A DNA stretch of 64,000 bases from Azolla caroliniana. Taxonomy: Eukaryota > Plantae > Polypodiophyta. The stretch is from assembly GCA_043228905.1 (NCBI GenBank), contig JBHGNT010000002.1:13702001-13766000 (forward strand). Reading direction: 5' to 3'. Positions 59,631-64,000 of the stretch are shown piece after piece (position 1 is the stretch's first letter; every line of letters starts with the position of its first letter). A model generated the notes under the pieces. The model searched no databases. It saw only the letters and a list, made by a program, of their open reading frames with translations, and was not told the origin of the DNA. The translations under genes were made by a program, and so were the position numbers.

Positions 59631-61871
59631 GTCTGCTTCTTCTGCGTGAATCACGTCGTTGTTGTTGGTGCTCAACGGAGAAAGCCAAAGTGCTCTATGT
59701 GTACTGTTCATCGATTGTTGTTGTCTGCTACAATCGTTGTTTGCTTGTGTGAGAATGATCTTCGCTCTGTTCGTGTGTATTTTCCTGTGCTTTCCTGTGA
59801 AGAGAACGTAGCCGAAATTGTTCTTGTGAAAAAAAGGGTCCATTTTTCGAGACAAAACGTTATAAAAATAGAATCTGCTATTAATAGCTCTTCAATGGCC
59901 ACAATTGATATGAATACTGAAGTATAAGCGTGCTTGTCTATATATAGTCGGAAAGGGACAATGCCAAGAATTAGTGATGACAAGATTGATTTTCTGTTAC
60001 AGTTTGTTTTCTGCCAAGATTTCTTTTTTTCTCTAAATTTATTATTATTATTTTATTTATTTAATATCTACGATTATGTCCTATTAGCCGATTGTCGATT
60101 TGGGCATCTTGTTCGAAAGGGTTTGTTGGGGTATGTTCCCGTTAGGGCTTGAGTTGGAACCCATTAACCCATTTAGGCAAGATTTCCCCAACTAACGTTC
60201 CAACTTGATAAGTGTAGTTGTTATCAACAATCCAATATGGTCCAGTCCATCGGAATATCAGCTTTCTTGGCATAGCCCCCATTTTTGTTTGAAAAACTAA
60301 GACTAGTCTACCAACCTCGAACAACTTCTCTTTATTATGTCGGTGTCGATCGACAAATGCATTAATTATTCTCTGCTTCTACTCCAATTGACACATTGCA
60401 TGTACCCAACAATAGCAATTGGTCTTTCCGAATCCTTTTCGACTGCTCCTCATCGAGCCATTCGATGACCTGTACCCGTAGTGTCGGAATCTAAAATTCA
60501 ATTGGCATGACTACCTCTAATCCGAATGCCATTCGGAACGGAGTCGACTTGATAATTGTTTTATATGTGGAGCGGTAGGCCCATAAAGCACTATGCAGCT
60601 TCTGATCCCAATCGGTGCGATTTTCGTTGACTATCTTCCTCAAAATCATTTGTAGTGTTTCATTTGTTGATTCGGCTAACCCATTAGCTTGTGGGTAATA
60701 TCGCATACTCCTCTTATGCATAACTACATAATAATTCGACAATTCATGAACAATTTTATTAACAAAGTGAGTACCCTGATCACTTACTAACTCAATCGGG
60801 CAAGCGAATTTGTACCATATGTATTTGTACAGAAACTTTGTTGTCGAAGTTGCTGTATTATCCCGAAGGGCTTTAGCTTCGACCCATTTTGTGCAACAGT
60901 TGGTGGCGACTATGACATATTTGTTTCCGGTTCTTGCAGCTACAAGTTTGAACAATCCAACAATGTCGAGATCCCATTTTTGGAATGATTCTAATGTTAG
61001 TATTGGTTGATGCGACATGTGATTCCGTTCACTTGGTTGACCGGTTCACTTACACGAGTCGCATTGTCACCAATAGTCAACTGCATCTATCATAGTAGTT
61101 GGCCACCATAACCCACTGTTCCAAATCGTCCGAGTTGTCATTTCGCCAACATAATGACCTCCAGCTATCCCGCAATGTGCCTCGTGCAAAATTGTCTCCT
61201 CCTCAAACTGTTGAACCACGTGACACCGTATGCCATTGGCTCCTTTATGGTATACTGTGTCCTCCAGTAGACAAAATTTTTGACTCCAAACTGCTAACTG
61301 TTTCCGTTCATCTACTGACATTCCTTCTAGTGGCAATCCGGTACAGAGGAATATTGACATGTCTATGATCCACAAGTTGGTTGTTTCTTCATCAACTTCA
61401 GTCCGAGTTACTGCGTCGACTCGAAATAGTTGAGCATCAGGAAAATCATCTTTAACCCTTGTACCTGGCTCCCCCGACTCCAGCCATATTAGGTAATCGA
61501 CTACTGCATGTTGAACCCCTGGATGATGGATAATGTCGAATTCAAATTCTTGTAACAAGAGTGTCCACCTTGCAAGTTTGGCTGTTAATGCCTATTTTGA
61601 GACCAAGTATAGTAAGGTAGAATGATCGACATGGAAAGTAAATTTTCGACCCAACAGGTAATGTTGAAACTTTGTTTAATCGAGAGCCTCTCGTTCTGTT
61701 GTTGAATAATTCCACTCGGTAGTGGATAATTTCCGACTCGCATAATAAACTAGCATGTACAAGTTTGGCTCCAACAATTGCATAAGTGCACTGCCGATGG
61801 CAATATCTGAAGCATCGATAAAAACATGAAAATCCTTAGCCCAATCAAGTGGTTGTAGGACGAGTACCTTT

Positions 61872-64000
61872 TGTTACCGGTTGGCTAGAAGGCTTAAGGA
61901 GGTCCAAATCAGAGTGTGAAAAGGAATAGTTTATTCGGGAGCTGTTGTAATTAGTAATCTTAATATAGATATTAATATATGAGAAGATGTGGACGGACGG
62001 ACCGGAATCGGTATGCCGATCCCGATCCGGACCGATCCCGTAAATGTGCCAGTTGGCACCGTTTTGTATTTCGCACCGGAGACCTATATAAAGGCCCGGT
62101 TATAATGTAATCAGAAGCGGATAATTAATAGAGCTTATTGTCTTAATCTCCCTGTGTTGATTACCGTTCTGTATTGTTATATCTTACACGTGTTAATTAT
62201 GGATTGCTAAGTAACCAATTAAGGTCTAATTAAGCATTGTGCCGTAAGTCATTCTGAAAGACAAATTCTTGCACTTCTTCCAGAAGGAGGTGGACCAGCG
62301 AGAAATGGTGGGCTTATTTTATACCATCCGGCAGGACCCCGGGGAGAGCATCCCGCAGTTTGTCATCCGGTTTCAACGGATGCACAGTCAGCTTACCCGC
62401 GCACCTCCGGAGGAAGAAACGCGGGCTATATTTTTAGCCGCGCTCCGGGACCCTCTACGAACGGTATGCACGGTCATCAACTTTCGCACAAGCACCGTCG
62501 ACCAGGTCATCAACCGGGTTAGAGAAATGGAGAAAATGAGCTCTTGGCTAACAATGGGAGCCCTCCAACGAGCGTTACCAACCGATGAGGATCTCCGGTT
62601 CCGGCAAGCAATCCAATGCACAACTTGCTTGAATTCCGGACACTCGTCACTGGAGTGCACCATGCGGACGCACTGCTCACTCTGCCAATCTACGAGCCAC
62701 ACGATGGACCGGTGCGAATATAACTTATTGAATCGGCAAGCACCACCAGTCCGGCAAATCGAGCCACGTAGCAGCTGAGACGAAGAAGACGAATGCTGGC
62801 GGCGAGAGGAGCGATATCGACCGGCATAGGATGTCCGGTACGATGATCGGTGAGACAACTATGATCGGTACAAGAGATACGACAAGTACCGAGAGTACAA
62901 TGGACGGTACGAGCATCACAACCGGGATCACTCCCCCGGGTATCACCAACGACAGGAAGATTACGGGAGATATGACGACCAACCCTGTCAAGGGTACCGC
63001 AACAAAAAGAACTTTAATAAAAAACGGCATTTCAAAAAAGGGAGCCACCCACGTGAACCGGAAAAAGGCGCCTCAAGCAGCCAATCGGACCAGAGCCCCG
63101 CGGTTACCACAAGCCCTCCACCGTGTATAGGAAACAATGCCGAATCCAGCAATACCCGAAAAGCATATTGCTATTATTTCCGGCAAGAAGGACATTACAG
63201 TAATCAATGTCCAGCAAAGAGCTATGATAAGCGACCGGCAGTAAACATGGTAGTTGCCGAAGTCGCAGACCTACAGCAGGTCACCACAAGGTCGAAGGGC
63301 AAGATGACGGAATGGGAGACACAAGAGGCCATCCAGAAGCAGGGTAAATGGGTCAATGGATTTAGACTAAAACCATACAAAGGACCTATGCCCAAGAACC
63401 CATTTGAACGAAGGGCCGCCACCGAATCAGACGCCAACAGGCCAACCACGACGGTAACTCGTGAGGAAAACGGCTACCACCAAGCCGGTAAGGGGGAGCA
63501 TGAGCCGACAATCGAGGATAGCATAACGACGGCAAACCGTCAAGAGGCCGGCAAGGTGCACGTTTCAGGTAAGGGTCCGACAGGACTGGAGAAAAATTAA
63601 CCACACAAATAACTTAAAAAAAATAAAAATAAAAATAAAAATCGAATGGAATCAAATAAATCATGGAAAGGAGTGGTGGAAATGGCCATGCAAACAAGGA
63701 GTAAAGAGGCACGTCGAAAAGGTACGAGGGGCTATGAATAGGACATTAAACCACCACCACATGGCACACAATGCTATTATAGTACACGACCTGCACATGC
63801 GGAGGCTCGAAAAAGGCGCCAAGATGTAGAGAGAAAAACCCCCACGCATCGAGACCTTCTCCTATCGCGAACCAAGGAGAACAGACGCAGACAGACGCGT
63901 GAAGATTAATCGCAGAGAGCTCGCACACAGAGAACCCCCTCCCTCAGAACTTTCTCTCTCACACTCTCCCCACCACCAAACCTCACCAACGCTCTCCGAC
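61872..64000 (+). mobile_element. Internally deleted, non-autonomous copy of the E1 family (partial 5' LTR, gag, no PR/RT/RH/INT core), running off the window
   Basis: LTR 61872-62255 joins gag (E1 position about 527); gag joins the integrase tail at about 63342 (E1 about 1614 to 5291); continues into the ORF3 leader. Confidence 0.92.

Larger units (their letters stand above)
56504..61871 (-). mobile_element. Ty3/gypsy element E2, a diverged relative of E1: RH, INT, extra ORF, 3' LTR 56504-57048; interrupted at RNase H by the 61872 insertion
   Basis: FIDASDIAIGSALM, LHEAHCGIAGGHY, TKWVEAKAL, FRWTGPY; ORF3 homolog about 57100-59630; LTR starts TGTTAG on the minus strand at 57048. Confidence 0.88.

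Noticed and set aside
63335-63350. Spliced (GC-AG) origin of the gag/integrase-tail junction
   Set aside because: The junction fits CAG|GC...AG|G, but the donor is weak, there is no pyrimidine tract, and microhomology explains it equally well.
1-64000. Many short antisense or overlapping ORFs in the ORF track as genes
   Set aside because: They are shadow frames of TE coding regions, LTRs, introns or microsatellites with no recognisable motifs.

Overview
Eukaryotic land-plant nuclear DNA. The retroelement lineages suggest a seed-free plant such as a fern; this is inference. One intact host gene, an 18-exon M1 aminopeptidase (APM1-like, 30850-43882, about 922 aa), carries an unusual N-terminal hydrophobic anchor. 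It sits between two blocks of nested, mostly decayed LTR retrotransposons. The Ty3/gypsy elements are: three members of a non-chromovirus group with a long extra 3' ORF, a tRNA-Trp-primed family making 4-bp CG-centred TSDs, a near-intact Tcn1/Tf1-like chromovirus, and an atypical animal-like element inside APM1 intron 5. Several Ty1/copia elements are also present. Most notable: two diverged gypsy elements have no polypurine tract next to the 3' LTR. Instead they share a 40-nt motif that reads as the sense 3' end of tRNA-Arg, including CCA, with a covarying hairpin inserted in the T-loop, suggesting tRNA-primed or tRNA-mimic plus-strand priming. Other oddities are a 36-bp flanking duplication around the intronic element, a heat-shock-element array and self-priming PBS in the chromovirus, tRNA-like A/B boxes inside two unrelated LTRs, and a telomere-repeat-filled deletion. 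All coordinates were read by hand and no searches were run.
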